Source: Methanomassiliicoccaceae archaeon (GTDB lineage Archaea > Thermoplasmatota > Thermoplasmata > Methanomassiliicoccales > Methanomassiliicoccaceae). From it: 64,000 nucleotides of DNA. The first letter of the stretch is position 1. Every line of letters begins with the position of its first letter. The stretch lies in assembly GCA_040776945.1 (NCBI GenBank), contig JAXGZN010000002.1, positions 480,001 through 544,000 on the forward strand, given 5' to 3'. Below the pieces are notes generated by a model. That model worked only from the letters and a program-made list of their open reading frames with translations, searched no databases and had not been told where the DNA came from. Below are positions 10,176 to 20,271 of this stretch, one piece after another. A program made the position numbers and the translations under genes.

Positions 10176-11063
10176 ATGTCAGATTATGGCGGTTTCCAAG
10201 TGAAAGTTACCAACAGCTCCAAGATGATGTATCCTCGAGATGGAATAACCAAGGGAGATATGGTGAGCTATTACTCAATGATATCCTCGGTAATGTTGCC
10301 CCATGTCCGGGACCGCCCGGTGTCCATGCTCCGCTATCCGAACGGGATCGATGGAGAGAGCTTCTTCCAGAAGCAGGTCCCGGACCATTTTCCCGAATGG
10401 TTCGCGACCGTCAAGGTCAGGAAGAAGGGTGGGCAGGTCATCCATGCGATGGTCCAGAAGGAGGCGGACCTAGCGTACCTTGCCAACTACGCTTGCATAA
10501 CGCCACACGTTTGGTTGAGCCGTGCAGGCTCTCTCGAGCGGCCGGACAGGTTGACGCTGGATATGGACCCCTTTGATGATGACTTCATCACAGTGAAGGA
10601 TGCCGCCCTTGCAGCAGCCTCCGAGCTGAGGCCGCTGGGCCTTAAACCCTTCGTTATGACCACTGGTTCTCGAGGTCTTCACGTGACCGTTCCTTTGGAC
10701 CGGACAGCTCCGTTCGGAGAGGCCCTATCCCTGGCCAAGGAGGTGGCGGACAGGATGGTCGAGGGGGACGATCGCTTCACGACCGAGCGATCGAAGGCGG
10801 ACCGCAATGGCAGGCTGTTGGTAGACGTTTTCCGAAATGCCTACGGGCAGACGGCGGTCCCGCCCTACGCGCTCCGGGCCCGAGACGGGGCTCCCGTAGC
10901 GACCCCTCTCCATTGGGAAGAACTGGAGGATCCCGGGCTAACCTCCAGACGGTTCAATATGCGTACGGTCTTTGAACGCCTTAGGGCCAGAGGGGACCCA
11001 TGGTCAGAGATAGAGCGCCACGCCAGCTCGATAAAGGATGCGGCGGACAGGATGAGAAAGTGA
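10176..11063 (+). CDS. Stand-alone LigD primase-polymerase domain (PrimPol/PolDom)
   Basis: TKGD..YY, RYPNG, FFQK, DMDP, TTGSRGLH, RNAYGQT, YALRAR.GAPVATPL.W motifs. Confidence 0.92.
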   Translation: MSDYGGFQVKVTNSSKMMYPRDGITKGDMVSYYSMISSVMLPHVRDRPVSMLRYPNGIDGESFFQKQVPDHFPEWFATVKVRKKGGQVIHAMVQKEADLAYLANYACITPHVWLSRAGSLERPDRLTLDMDPFDDDFITVKDAALAAASELRPLGLKPFVMTTGSRGLHVTVPLDRTAPFGEALSLAKEVADRMVEGDDRFTTERSKADRNGRLLVDVFRNAYGQTAVPPYALRARDGAPVATPLHWEELEDPGLTSRRFNMRTVFERLRARGDPWSEIERHASSIKDAADRMRK

Positions 11064-11317
11064 AAGGCCTGGCCCAGAAAGGGCCGACCATCGACCATGC
11101 TGTATCGAGACCATATTTAAGGCAGAACGGAACCCCCCCCGCAACGCCATCCATGAAAGGACATCACCGAAATTCCGCGCATGGACCGAGCGACCAAAAA
11201 TTTGGATATATCTATTTATAGTGCCATGATGGAAACATAGAGCGATTTCCCATCATGAGGGCGCTTCAAATACGGCAGAGGCCATGATGGGTATGGAACG
11301 AAAGGAGCGTGAATGTG

Positions 11318-12538
11318 ATGAAAAAGCTTGTTAAGAACAATGTTTACTGGGTTGGAAAGGTTGATTGGGAACTCCAAAAGTTCCACGGAAATGAGTATTC
11401 CACTCATGAGGGATCTACATACAACTCCTACTTGGTCCAAGAAGAAAAGAACGTCCTGATCGACACGGTCTGGTCTCCTTTCGCGGATGAGTTCGTGGAG
11501 AACCTGGCCAAGGAGATCGACCTCCAAAAGATAGACATCGTAATAGCCAACCACGGCGAGGTGGACCATAGCGGGGCCTTGCCTGCTCTAATGAAGCACA
11601 TACCGGACAAGCCCATCTATTGCACGGCCAATGCGGTAAGGTCCCTTAAGGGACAATATCACCAGGATTGGAACTTTAAGGTCGTGAAGACCGGTGATAA
11701 GATCGATATTGGAAATGGAAAGGAACTCATTTTCCTTGAGATGACGATGCTGCATTGGCCTGACAGCATGGCGACCTATTTGACCAAGGACAACATCCTG
11801 TTCAGCAACGATGCGTTCGGCCAGCATCTGGCGACAGAGAAACTATTCAATGATCAGGTCGACCAGTGCAGCCTATATAATGAGTCCATAAAATACTACG
11901 CGAACATATTGACCCCGTTCAGCCCTATCTTGAAGAAAAAGATCGAGGAGGTCGTTGCCCTTAACCTCCCGATCGAAATGATCGCGACGAGCCACGGAGT
12001 TATCTGGAGGGACGATCCCTCTCAGATTATCCAAAGATATGCTCAGTGGTCGAACGATTATCAAGAGGACCAGATTACCGTCATTTACGACACCATGTGG
12101 AATGGTACCAAAAAGCTCGCTGAGAAGATATCGGAAGGCATCGCCCTGGAGGACCCTGGTTCGGTCGTAAAGATGTTCAACCTTACAAAATATGATGAGA
12201 ACGACCTTATCACCGAGGTATTCAGGTCCAAGGCGGTCGTCATCGGATCACCGACGATATCCAAGAGCATACTCCACTCGGTCGCAGGCTTCATCCATCT
12301 TATGAAGGAGCTTAGGTTCAAGGGGAAAAAGGCCGCCGCCTTTGGCTGCTATGGCTGGAGCGGAGAATCGGTAAAGGAGATCAATGCGCTGTTGGCAGGC
12401 GCCGGCTTCGAGGTGGTCAGCGAGGGGTACAAGAACCAGTGGAACCCCGACCTCGACGCACAAAAGGCAGCGATAGAATATGGTAGAACGTTGGCAAGGT
12501 CGTTTGCCAAGCAGGCCGTCGAGGGTAAGGATCGATAA
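11318..12538 (+). CDS. fprA: Flavodiiron protein (FprA/NorV type O2/NO reductase)
   Basis: HGEVDH, HWPD, SNDAFG, SHG metallo-beta-lactamase ligands plus flavodoxin domain (TMWNGT, GCYGWSG). Confidence 0.93.
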   Translation: MKKLVKNNVYWVGKVDWELQKFHGNEYSTHEGSTYNSYLVQEEKNVLIDTVWSPFADEFVENLAKEIDLQKIDIVIANHGEVDHSGALPALMKHIPDKPIYCTANAVRSLKGQYHQDWNFKVVKTGDKIDIGNGKELIFLEMTMLHWPDSMATYLTKDNILFSNDAFGQHLATEKLFNDQVDQCSLYNESIKYYANILTPFSPILKKKIEEVVALNLPIEMIATSHGVIWRDDPSQIIQRYAQWSNDYQEDQITVIYDTMWNGTKKLAEKISEGIALEDPGSVVKMFNLTKYDENDLITEVFRSKAVVIGSPTISKSILHSVAGFIHLMKELRFKGKKAAAFGCYGWSGESVKEINALLAGAGFEVVSEGYKNQWNPDLDAQKAAIEYGRTLARSFAKQAVEGKDR

Positions 12539-13075
12539 AAAAATGATACGCCCGGTCGATCTCTGATAATATCCTATCGCCCCCTGATAGGTTGAGGGGA
12601 TGCCCTCGCCCAAACCTTTTATTTTCGGTTTTTATCGACCTCGGCTCTATTCCTGAGGTATTGCGCATATTGAGGTCCAGTCAGACCCTTTTTGGATGCT
12701 GGGATCCGGAGCGATCAGGGGATTGGCATATGGAAGCGTGCTATCGTAAAAGGCCGTCTCCAAAGGATCATAAGGGTCCTTTCCACCACAATCAACAACG
12801 CAAAAAGCCCGGGAGGATCAAGGTCCAGCATTCGCTTCAACATCTGCATTTGAAGACATGGGTCAGAGCGCAACAGATAATGCTAATTTCTCAAATCCCT
12901 TACATGGGCCTCTTGCTTCTGACCGGCCGCTTCGATACAGTATATATTGCCTTCCCAGTGCATAGCTGGCTCGGGACCTACGGAACGACGATTGTTAATC
13001 CAGATTGACGAAAACTAATTATATGGTTACTTTAATTGCGAACCAAGCTATAAGGATGTAATAGGAGGACCAATC

Positions 13076-14074
13076 GTGACACCAAAAGAGAGGTTTCTAG
13101 CAGCCCTATCCCGAAAGAAGTTGGACAGGCCCCCAGTAGGATGCGTTACCCAGTCGGTGACCGTTGACCAGATGGACGCGGTGGGAGTTCACTGGCCAGA
13201 TGCTCACACCGATCCCAGGAAGATGGCGACCCTCGGAGCTGCAGGCGCCAAGGTGTTAGGCTTCGAGAACGCAAGGATACCCTTCTGTCTGACCGTCGAG
13301 GCCGAGGCCTTCGGAGCCACTGTGGACCTGGGAAAGGTCGACAGGACCCCCATGGTCAAGAAGCATGTCTTCGAGGCCGATGCCATGCCCACCTTCCCTA
13401 AGGACTTCGCCACCAAGGGAAGGGCCAAGACAGTCATCGAAGCCACCAAGATATTGAAGAAGGAGGTCGGTGACAAGTTGCCTATCGTCGTCGGCACCAC
13501 TGGCCCCGTTACCATCGCCGGCCACTTGGTTGGGACCGAGGGACTGCTTCTGATGATGATCACCGACCCTGACGCCGTCCACAAGTTCTGCAAGGTCGCT
13601 GCCCAGATGGAGAAGGAGTACCTGAAGGAGCTCGTTAAGGCCGGCGCCGACGCCATCGCCATGAGCGACCCCTCCGCCTCCACCGACATGCTGTCCGGGG
13701 AGATGTTCGACGAGTTCGCGAAGCCCTACATCAAGGAATGCTGGACCGGCGTTGAGGGTGCCAAGAAGATCCTGCACATCTGCGGGGACACCACGATACT
13801 GCTCGACCACATGATCGACACCGGCGCCGACGCGCTCTCCATCGAGGAGAAGGTCAACCCGGCCGAGGCCGTGCGGCTAGTGAACAACCGCGCTGCCCTC
13901 ATCGGCAACATAGGTGTCGTCCGCCCGCTGCTCCAGGGGACTCCGGAGGACTGCCGCCAGAACGCCATCGAGGTCAGGGACGCCGGCTTCAACGTCGTTG
14001 CTCCTGGCTGCGGCCTCGCCGCCCGTGTGCCCAAGGCCAACCTTGACGCCATGATTAAGGCGATCAAGGGCTGA
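13076..14074 (+). CDS. mtaA: Methylcobamide:CoM methyltransferase (MtaA/MtbA family)
   Basis: URO-D fold; WPDAH, PFCLTVEAEA, DPSAS; Zn ligands HICG and APGCG. Confidence 0.9.
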   Translation: MTPKERFLAALSRKKLDRPPVGCVTQSVTVDQMDAVGVHWPDAHTDPRKMATLGAAGAKVLGFENARIPFCLTVEAEAFGATVDLGKVDRTPMVKKHVFEADAMPTFPKDFATKGRAKTVIEATKILKKEVGDKLPIVVGTTGPVTIAGHLVGTEGLLLMMITDPDAVHKFCKVAAQMEKEYLKELVKAGADAIAMSDPSASTDMLSGEMFDEFAKPYIKECWTGVEGAKKILHICGDTTILLDHMIDTGADALSIEEKVNPAEAVRLVNNRAALIGNIGVVRPLLQGTPEDCRQNAIEVRDAGFNVVAPGCGLAARVPKANLDAMIKAIKG

Positions 14075-14155
14075 TCAGCCACTGGTGAGCCGATCAGAGG
14101 TTGGAAACACCTTCCCCCTTCCCATTTTTTATAAATCCCCTAGGTTATGTTCAAT

Positions 14156-15193
14156 TCAATACCTGCCGTGCTTCTCGCACGCCTCTCTGACCCTGAGTAT
14201 GTTCTCCAACGGGCTCTTGAACGGTATCTCGCTCCCAGGGGCCATGATGAGCCCCGGAACGTCCCCGAAAAGCTCGATGACCTCTCGAACCTTGCCCTCG
14301 ACCTCTTCAGGGGTCTTTCTGAAGATAAGGACCCCGTGATCGATGCCGGACGCCAGACATACCTTGCCCCCATGTTCCCGGAACACTTTGACGGGGTCCA
14401 CAAGATCATTGTTGTAGTGCACCGCCGCCGCTCCCGCTTCGATCTGCTGGTTGAGATATGGAAGCTCGGCATCATTATGAACGAGGGTCTTGATTCCCAG
14501 GGACCTGAACCTTTCCAGCAGTTGGCGTAGATAGGTTATGTCGTATTCGCCGCACATTTCCGGCGAGATCAGCTGACCGGAGGCAACGCTGCCATCCATG
14601 AACGAGGCCTCCAGGCCGAGCGCCGATATCCTCTCCCCATACATCTTCAAAGATTCCAGGGCCACCTTGACGATCCGGTGGACGGTCGCTGGATCGGACA
14701 CGGTGTCCAACATGATGTTCTCATAACCCCTGAGCTGGGAAGCAAGGAAGAAAGGGGAGATAGTGCTTCCCAACACCGCCACTTCCCTGCCGATCCGCTC
14801 CTGCAGAAGCGCGCCGGCCTTCAACGGCACGGACCAGAACCGATCTTCCACGGGGTCCACCGGAACAAGCTTGTCCACATCCTCCGGCCCTTGAACAGCG
14901 TAATTTTCAGCCCTGGGATAGTAGTCCTTTTCCGGGAACTTCCAAGCGCTGCCCATCGCCTGGGCCTCGGTCAGGAGGTCTCCCCAGCCGATCATGACAT
15001 TGTCATATCTGAAAAGCTCATGTGCCTTCATCATGATCCTGGCGAAGACCTCAGGGTCGTGAAATCCCTCTTTGATGGTCAGCCCTGAGGCCTGCAGCAC
15101 GTGCCTTGCCCCGCCAAGTTGTTGATAGAAGACCGGCACTCTGTCAGGCGTTTCCAGCCTGAGAGCGGAAAGGAACCTTTCTCTGCAGTTCAT
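14156..15193 (-). CDS. URO-D/MtaA-family methyltransferase lacking the Zn-binding cysteines
   Basis: PDRVPV, EAQAMG, SPF..A..LRG, ISPE; HND and PGSE in place of HxC and PGC. Confidence 0.8.
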   Translation of the reverse strand: MNCRERFLSALRLETPDRVPVFYQQLGGARHVLQASGLTIKEGFHDPEVFARIMMKAHELFRYDNVMIGWGDLLTEAQAMGSAWKFPEKDYYPRAENYAVQGPEDVDKLVPVDPVEDRFWSVPLKAGALLQERIGREVAVLGSTISPFFLASQLRGYENIMLDTVSDPATVHRIVKVALESLKMYGERISALGLEASFMDGSVASGQLISPEMCGEYDITYLRQLLERFRSLGIKTLVHNDAELPYLNQQIEAGAAAVHYNNDLVDPVKVFREHGGKVCLASGIDHGVLIFRKTPEEVEGKVREVIELFGDVPGLIMAPGSEIPFKSPLENILRVREACEKHGRY

Positions 15194-15326
15194 GACGCCC
15201 TATATGTGATGGCCGACTATTCTACGTTTCCAGGAACCGCCATATCTATGGAGGGGCGAGCGGCCCCTAAGCGATAAAAATCTTAGGCAGGAAGTGATTG
15301 AAGGAACGATGGAGGTTCTGTGAACG

Positions 15327-15776
15327 ATGCTAGAATGGGAGATGGACGAGTTCGAAAAGCATAACGCCGTTCAGAAGGCCCGTAGGCTGTCCGAAAGGTC
15401 CTTTGACAAGATAGACCAACTCCTCACAGACTCATTGGCCCTGAGGATCCTGGCCATGAGCATAGGCCGTGAACTTACCGTTCAGGACATCAAGGACAAC
15501 CTGGACGTTTCCATCGTCACCTGCTATGGCATCGTGAAGCAGCTACGCGAGGTCGGACTATTGATCGAGGCGGGCAAATCCAGGACATCGGCGCACGGGC
15601 TCTCCACATTATACACCTCCACTCTAAGGACAAGCATGATCCGCTTGACCGGTGGCCACCTCGAGATATTCTACGTGTTCAACGACGGCACCGTTCGCTC
15701 CCGCATAGAACAGGTGTTCGATGAGGACAAGCTGGGAAGGTTCGGGAAGAGGCATTCGGTCAAGAGACCGGAATGA
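15327..15776 (+). CDS. Winged-helix (ArsR-like) transcriptional regulator
   Basis: LRILAM...LTVQDI...VSIVTCYGIVKQLREVGLL pattern. Confidence 0.65.
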   Translation: MLEWEMDEFEKHNAVQKARRLSERSFDKIDQLLTDSLALRILAMSIGRELTVQDIKDNLDVSIVTCYGIVKQLREVGLLIEAGKSRTSAHGLSTLYTSTLRTSMIRLTGGHLEIFYVFNDGTVRSRIEQVFDEDKLGRFGKRHSVKRPE

Positions 15777-15857
15777 TCGGGCCATTATGACCAATTAAAT
15801 AGATTTTAATGCCAGCCCATGGGCTAAATATCTCCTAGGAGTTCTTCCCCTGATATT

Positions 15858-17498
15858 ATGGGTCTTGGAATCGCTCTGGACGTGGGCACCAGCGGATATC
15901 GCTGCCACCTTGTGGACCTATCGAAGAACGGTAAGATAATCTCGACCGCCATCACCATGCGGCATCCTTTGCCGGGCGCCAACATCATGGACCATCTCCA
16001 TTTCTGGCTCGAGAACGGCGCCGAGGTCGGTCATAAGATCGTCATGGACACCGTCAGCCGGCTCATAGAGATGCACGATGTCGACCCCAAGAGCATCGAA
16101 AGATTGGCAGTGTGCGGCAATCCTGCTCAAGTGTCCATGTTCGAAGGGATAGAGATCCGTGACCTTGCCTACGCTGGGCAGTCCCTGCTTAAGAGGCTGA
16201 ACGTAAAGGTGCCCGATCGTCGGGCTAAGGTCATCACCGCGGGGGACATCGGACTGACCGCTCTCAGGTCCGAGGTGGACATCGTCATCCCGCCGACCAT
16301 CCGCCATGAGATAGGTGCCGACGCCCTTGCCATGATCATCAAGTCAAAGCTCCTGGAGAAAAAGGAGACCTGCATGGTGACCGACTACGGGACCAACGCC
16401 GAGATGGGACTGTTCCATGATGGGGAATTATATACTGGCTCAGCCGCCGCCGGGCCGGCCATGGAAGGGCAGGCCATCAACTACGGCATGCTGGCCGCCC
16501 CTTATGCCATCTCAGATTTCAGCTTTGCCGAGGACGGGACATGGAACAACATCGTTCTCAACGAAACCCTGAAGCCAGTGGTAGGTATGAAGGTGAATCC
16601 TTCGAACGGTACCTTCTCTTCGGTCAGCGATATGAACGCCAGAGGGATAACGGGGACAGGGGTGGTCGCCGCGGTCGCTCTGGGGCTCGAGTCCGGTCTC
16701 ATCGAACCGCCCTACATTCGCACACCTGACAAGAAGCTGCATTTCCAGAACGGCATCGACTTTGGAGAGGACGATCTAGGTGAGGCAGGGAAGGCCATGG
16801 GAGCTATACGCGCCGGCCACCGCACGTTGATCGAAGAGGTCGGCATCGACGACACCGACGTCAAGACAATGTATCTCGCCGGAGCCTCGGGCACCTACGT
16901 GGACGCAATAAAGGCTCAGACGGTGGGAATGGTCCCCCGCATCATAGAGAAGACGGTCCAGGTAGGCAACACCTCTCTTATGATGGCCTATGATCTTCTG
17001 GTCAAGGATGAGGCCATGGATGAGATGCAGAGGATCGCCGATTCGATCGCCTCCAAGCACATCATGTTCGCGACCAGCAAGGTCTTCGAGGACATGTACG
17101 TCAATGAGATCGGGTATTGGATGGAGGGCATGCCTTTCGACATCTATAACGAGTCGCTGCGAACGGCCGGTCTTAGGCCCCTTCCGCCCATAGTCCGCCC
17201 GAAGTCCACCCAACGCATCGTCAGTTCGGACATCCCCATCATAGGCGATAAGGGACTGAGGATCCTTGACAATGTTGGTGTTTACCTGATGGGCAGCTTC
17301 GAGGGCTGCATAGGGTGCAAGAAGTGCGCCAAGGAATGCCCGGAAAGGGCGCTGGAGGTCATCGAGGGCGGACCTCACGGATACACAATAAGGATCGCCA
17401 CCGAGCACTGCCTCGGCACTGCTTGCAAGAACTGTGAGGCGGTGTGTCCAAAGAAGGTATACCGCTTCAGCGACCTGAAGATCAGCGAACGGGCCTAA
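15858..17498 (+). CDS. ramA: Corrinoid protein reductive activase RamA
   Basis: ASKHA motifs ALDVGTSG, HPLPGANIMDHL, DYGTNAE; C-terminal 2x[4Fe-4S] cysteine motifs. Confidence 0.95.
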   Translation: MGLGIALDVGTSGYRCHLVDLSKNGKIISTAITMRHPLPGANIMDHLHFWLENGAEVGHKIVMDTVSRLIEMHDVDPKSIERLAVCGNPAQVSMFEGIEIRDLAYAGQSLLKRLNVKVPDRRAKVITAGDIGLTALRSEVDIVIPPTIRHEIGADALAMIIKSKLLEKKETCMVTDYGTNAEMGLFHDGELYTGSAAAGPAMEGQAINYGMLAAPYAISDFSFAEDGTWNNIVLNETLKPVVGMKVNPSNGTFSSVSDMNARGITGTGVVAAVALGLESGLIEPPYIRTPDKKLHFQNGIDFGEDDLGEAGKAMGAIRAGHRTLIEEVGIDDTDVKTMYLAGASGTYVDAIKAQTVGMVPRIIEKTVQVGNTSLMMAYDLLVKDEAMDEMQRIADSIASKHIMFATSKVFEDMYVNEIGYWMEGMPFDIYNESLRTAGLRPLPPIVRPKSTQRIVSSDIPIIGDKGLRILDNVGVYLMGSFEGCIGCKKCAKECPERALEVIEGGPHGYTIRIATEHCLGTACKNCEAVCPKKVYRFSDLKISERA

Positions 17499-17656
17499 GT
17501 AGGGGCAAGAGCAGAACGGCGCTCCCGAAAGGGGGTGTCCGCAAACATTTCTTCTTTTTCGACAACGATTAATACATATTGAGGCATTATCTGCAACGAA
17601 CCTCACAAACAACCCGCTATATGGATAGTATTTGGAACAATGTTGCAGGTTTGCTC

Positions 17657-18124
17657 ATGGACGATACCGACCTGAAGATCCTAAAGATGCTCCGAGACAA
17701 CTCCAGAGAGAGCCTAGGCAAGATATCCGAGGTCCTGGGGATATCGAAGGCCACGGTCTCTCGCCGGCTGGCGAGGATCGAGCAGGAAGGATATATCACG
17801 GGCTACACAACAATAACCAACCCTGGAAAATTGGGGGTGATGAAAGGGATAATATCCCTCGAGATAATGGGAACGGCGGTCAATGCTGTCATCGAGCAAC
17901 TTCGGTCGTTCAAAGAGATCGAGTCTGTGATGAGGGTGTTCGGTGATCATGGGCTTATATGCATTGCCTATTCCAGAAGCGTGGACTCACTCTATGAGCT
18001 CATCCAAAACCAAATCCTAAACATCCCAAATGTCCACAACGTGGAGGTGGACATCGTCATTGACCGGATGATAATCAATCCTAACGCCGAGCTTGATATG
18101 TCCAAGGCCCCTGGGATAAGATGA
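17657..18124 (+). CDS. Lrp/AsnC family transcriptional regulator
   Basis: MDDTDLKILKML..NSR HTH, EGYITGYT, C-terminal RAM domain. Confidence 0.9.
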   Translation: MDDTDLKILKMLRDNSRESLGKISEVLGISKATVSRRLARIEQEGYITGYTTITNPGKLGVMKGIISLEIMGTAVNAVIEQLRSFKEIESVMRVFGDHGLICIAYSRSVDSLYELIQNQILNIPNVHNVEVDIVIDRMIINPNAELDMSKAPGIR

Positions 18125-18958
18125 TCACTCAGTGATGATGCAGACCCATCGATCATAGAACCTATCGTTCTCGTTCTCGAACATCTCGACCCTCCTCGCT
18201 TCCTCCAGCGCCCACTTCTTGATCATCTCTGCCTCCCTCTCGTTCTCCACGGTGACCATGGTCTCGGCGGCAAGGTCCATGAGCTCACAAAGGATGGCCC
18301 TCCATATGTGGGCGGTGAAGTCATTTATGGTGCCGGCCATAAGCGCAAGCCCCAGGTCGGTGGGCCGCACATAATGGCCGGCCAGGGTCGCATCTATGAG
18401 CATCGTCTCATCCGGCCGAAGCCTGCCCTTGGACAGCCCTAAGGACAGCAGGGTGGGGTCGTTGTCATACGCCAGGGAGCCGATCCCAAGGTCTCTGAGA
18501 ACTGCAGCCCCCATACCTGAACCGCAGCCACAATCCAAGCAATTATTTCCTTTCCGGTCTCCCCATATTTCTGTGATGAGCGACCGGAGGAGCCTCGCTC
18601 TTTCTGGGGAGTGGTCCTCCATGGCCGGAGGATTGTTACGGAGGAGATCGAAGGAATAGTACTCTCGGGTCGCTCTGATCCATTCCTCCTGGGTAGTCCT
18701 TAGGATCTCGCCGTCGAGGTTCTCGAACCTCTCGACCGCTTCCACGGATGGCCCCCGCAGTATGAAATTGGTGGCCTTCCATCCCCTGTCTGTTAAAAGG
18801 ACGAGCGATAGTGGCCAATCCTCCTCATCGACCACCAGGCGTGCACCCTCCGCCTCCTCTCCCAGGAGCATTGCCGTAAAAGCTACGTCCGGCAACAGGT
18901 TGAAAGCAGGTTCATTGAACCTGAATTCCGCAAGACCGAGAATATCATTGACCTTCAT
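18125..18958 (-). CDS. Class I SAM-dependent methyltransferase, probable MCR cysteine methylase (McmA-like)
   Basis: LDCGCGSG SAM motif; divergent from ycaO-tfuA next to mcr; McmA assignment rests on context and recollection. Confidence 0.7.
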   Translation of the reverse strand: MKVNDILGLAEFRFNEPAFNLLPDVAFTAMLLGEEAEGARLVVDEEDWPLSLVLLTDRGWKATNFILRGPSVEAVERFENLDGEILRTTQEEWIRATREYYSFDLLRNNPPAMEDHSPERARLLRSLITEIWGDRKGNNCLDCGCGSGMGAAVLRDLGIGSLAYDNDPTLLSLGLSKGRLRPDETMLIDATLAGHYVRPTDLGLALMAGTINDFTAHIWRAILCELMDLAAETMVTVENEREAEMIKKWALEEARRVEMFENENDRFYDRWVCIITE

Positions 18959-19068
18959 GATAGGACCGGACCGGCCTAGACAGGTGACCTTGATATATTA
19001 TTATTATTGTGGCCATGGGCGGAGGATGGTTCGAGAGATTTATTATCGGAGGAGGTCATGGACATCTC

Positions 19069-20271
19069 ATGATTTTGGGATCCCGGCCCAAGCATTTGAC
19101 CTCCGACGGGGAGCGGGCGGTCGACCCTAAGGAGACCCTGGAAAGGATAGAGCCTTTGATGAAGAAGGCAGGCATTACCAGACTAGCTGACATCACAGAC
19201 CTGGATCGTATAGGGATACCTGTTTTCTCTGCGATCCGCCCTTCCGCCGAGAGCGGTGCGATCTCGGTCTACAACGGGAAAGGCATGACCAAGGAAGAGG
19301 CCATGGTCTCCGCCCTGATGGAAGGGTTCGAGAGATATTGCGCCGAGGTAAGAGGGTTCAATATCGTACGCAAGGGCGTAGTGGAGTTCATGGAGACCCA
19401 TAATGCCATCGATCCTTTGGACCTCATACTCACGCCGGCGTCAGCATTCCACCTGACGAAGCAGCCGATAGGCTGGGTCAAGGGCTTTGACCTTAACAGC
19501 ATGGAGGAGACCTGGGTCCCTGCAAGCGCGGTATTCCATCCCTACGTGTCAAGGCTCGACCTTGCCCTGTTCCGAACCTCCACAAACGGTCTCGCCTCTG
19601 GTAACAATTACGAGGAAGCGATCCTCCATGGCCTATGCGAGGTCATCGAGAGGGACGCATGGTCCTTGGCCGAAGGCCACCGAAAGATACGAGGTGATGT
19701 CGTCGCCCCGGATGGCGGAAATGTCAGTAAGATCATGGAGATGTTCACGTCCAAGGGGATCGAGATACACCTCAAGTACCTGACCACTGACATAGGGGTT
19801 CCCACCATTGCTGCGGCCGCTGATGATGTAGTTATGCAGGACCCTGCCCTGCTGACCCTTGGGATAGGCACGCATCTCGATCCTGAGGTGGCGGCAATCA
19901 AAGCGCTCCTTGAGGTCGCTCAAAGCAGGCTCACTCAGATCCATGGAGCAAGGGAGGACACTGTCCACGGGGAACATTCGAGGAAGCTCGGATACGAGCG
20001 AATGAAGCGGATCAACAAGATGTGGCTTAGCGATACGGGCCCAAAGGTGAAGCTCGATGAGATGCCGGTTCTGGACACCGATGACGTCTTCGATGACCTT
20101 CAGGTGGTCCGAAAGCAGCTGAACTCCCGTGGTTTCAAGAGCACAGTGATCGTCGACCTTACAAGAAAGGATCTTGGCATCCCGGTCGTAAGGGTTATCG
20201 TGCCTGGGCTGGAGGTCTTTGCCATAGATGAGGACCGGGTAGGGCCGAGAATGATGGGAGGTAGGGTCTGA
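19069..20271 (+). CDS. ycaO: YcaO McrA-glycine thioamidation protein (methanogenesis marker 1)
   Basis: ITDLDRIGIP, YNGKG, MEGFER, TNGLASGN, EVIERDA, EVAQSR, QIHGARED; adjacent tfuA. Confidence 0.95.
   Translation: MILGSRPKHLTSDGERAVDPKETLERIEPLMKKAGITRLADITDLDRIGIPVFSAIRPSAESGAISVYNGKGMTKEEAMVSALMEGFERYCAEVRGFNIVRKGVVEFMETHNAIDPLDLILTPASAFHLTKQPIGWVKGFDLNSMEETWVPASAVFHPYVSRLDLALFRTSTNGLASGNNYEEAILHGLCEVIERDAWSLAEGHRKIRGDVVAPDGGNVSKIMEMFTSKGIEIHLKYLTTDIGVPTIAAAADDVVMQDPALLTLGIGTHLDPEVAAIKALLEVAQSRLTQIHGAREDTVHGEHSRKLGYERMKRINKMWLSDTGPKVKLDEMPVLDTDDVFDDLQVVRKQLNSRGFKSTVIVDLTRKDLGIPVVRVIVPGLEVFAIDEDRVGPRMMGGRV

Noticed and set aside
9274-17646. TGCAACATTGT shared between the corrinoid and Lrp upstream regions
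   Set aside because: A single 11-bp non-palindromic match can arise by chance; no third copy was found
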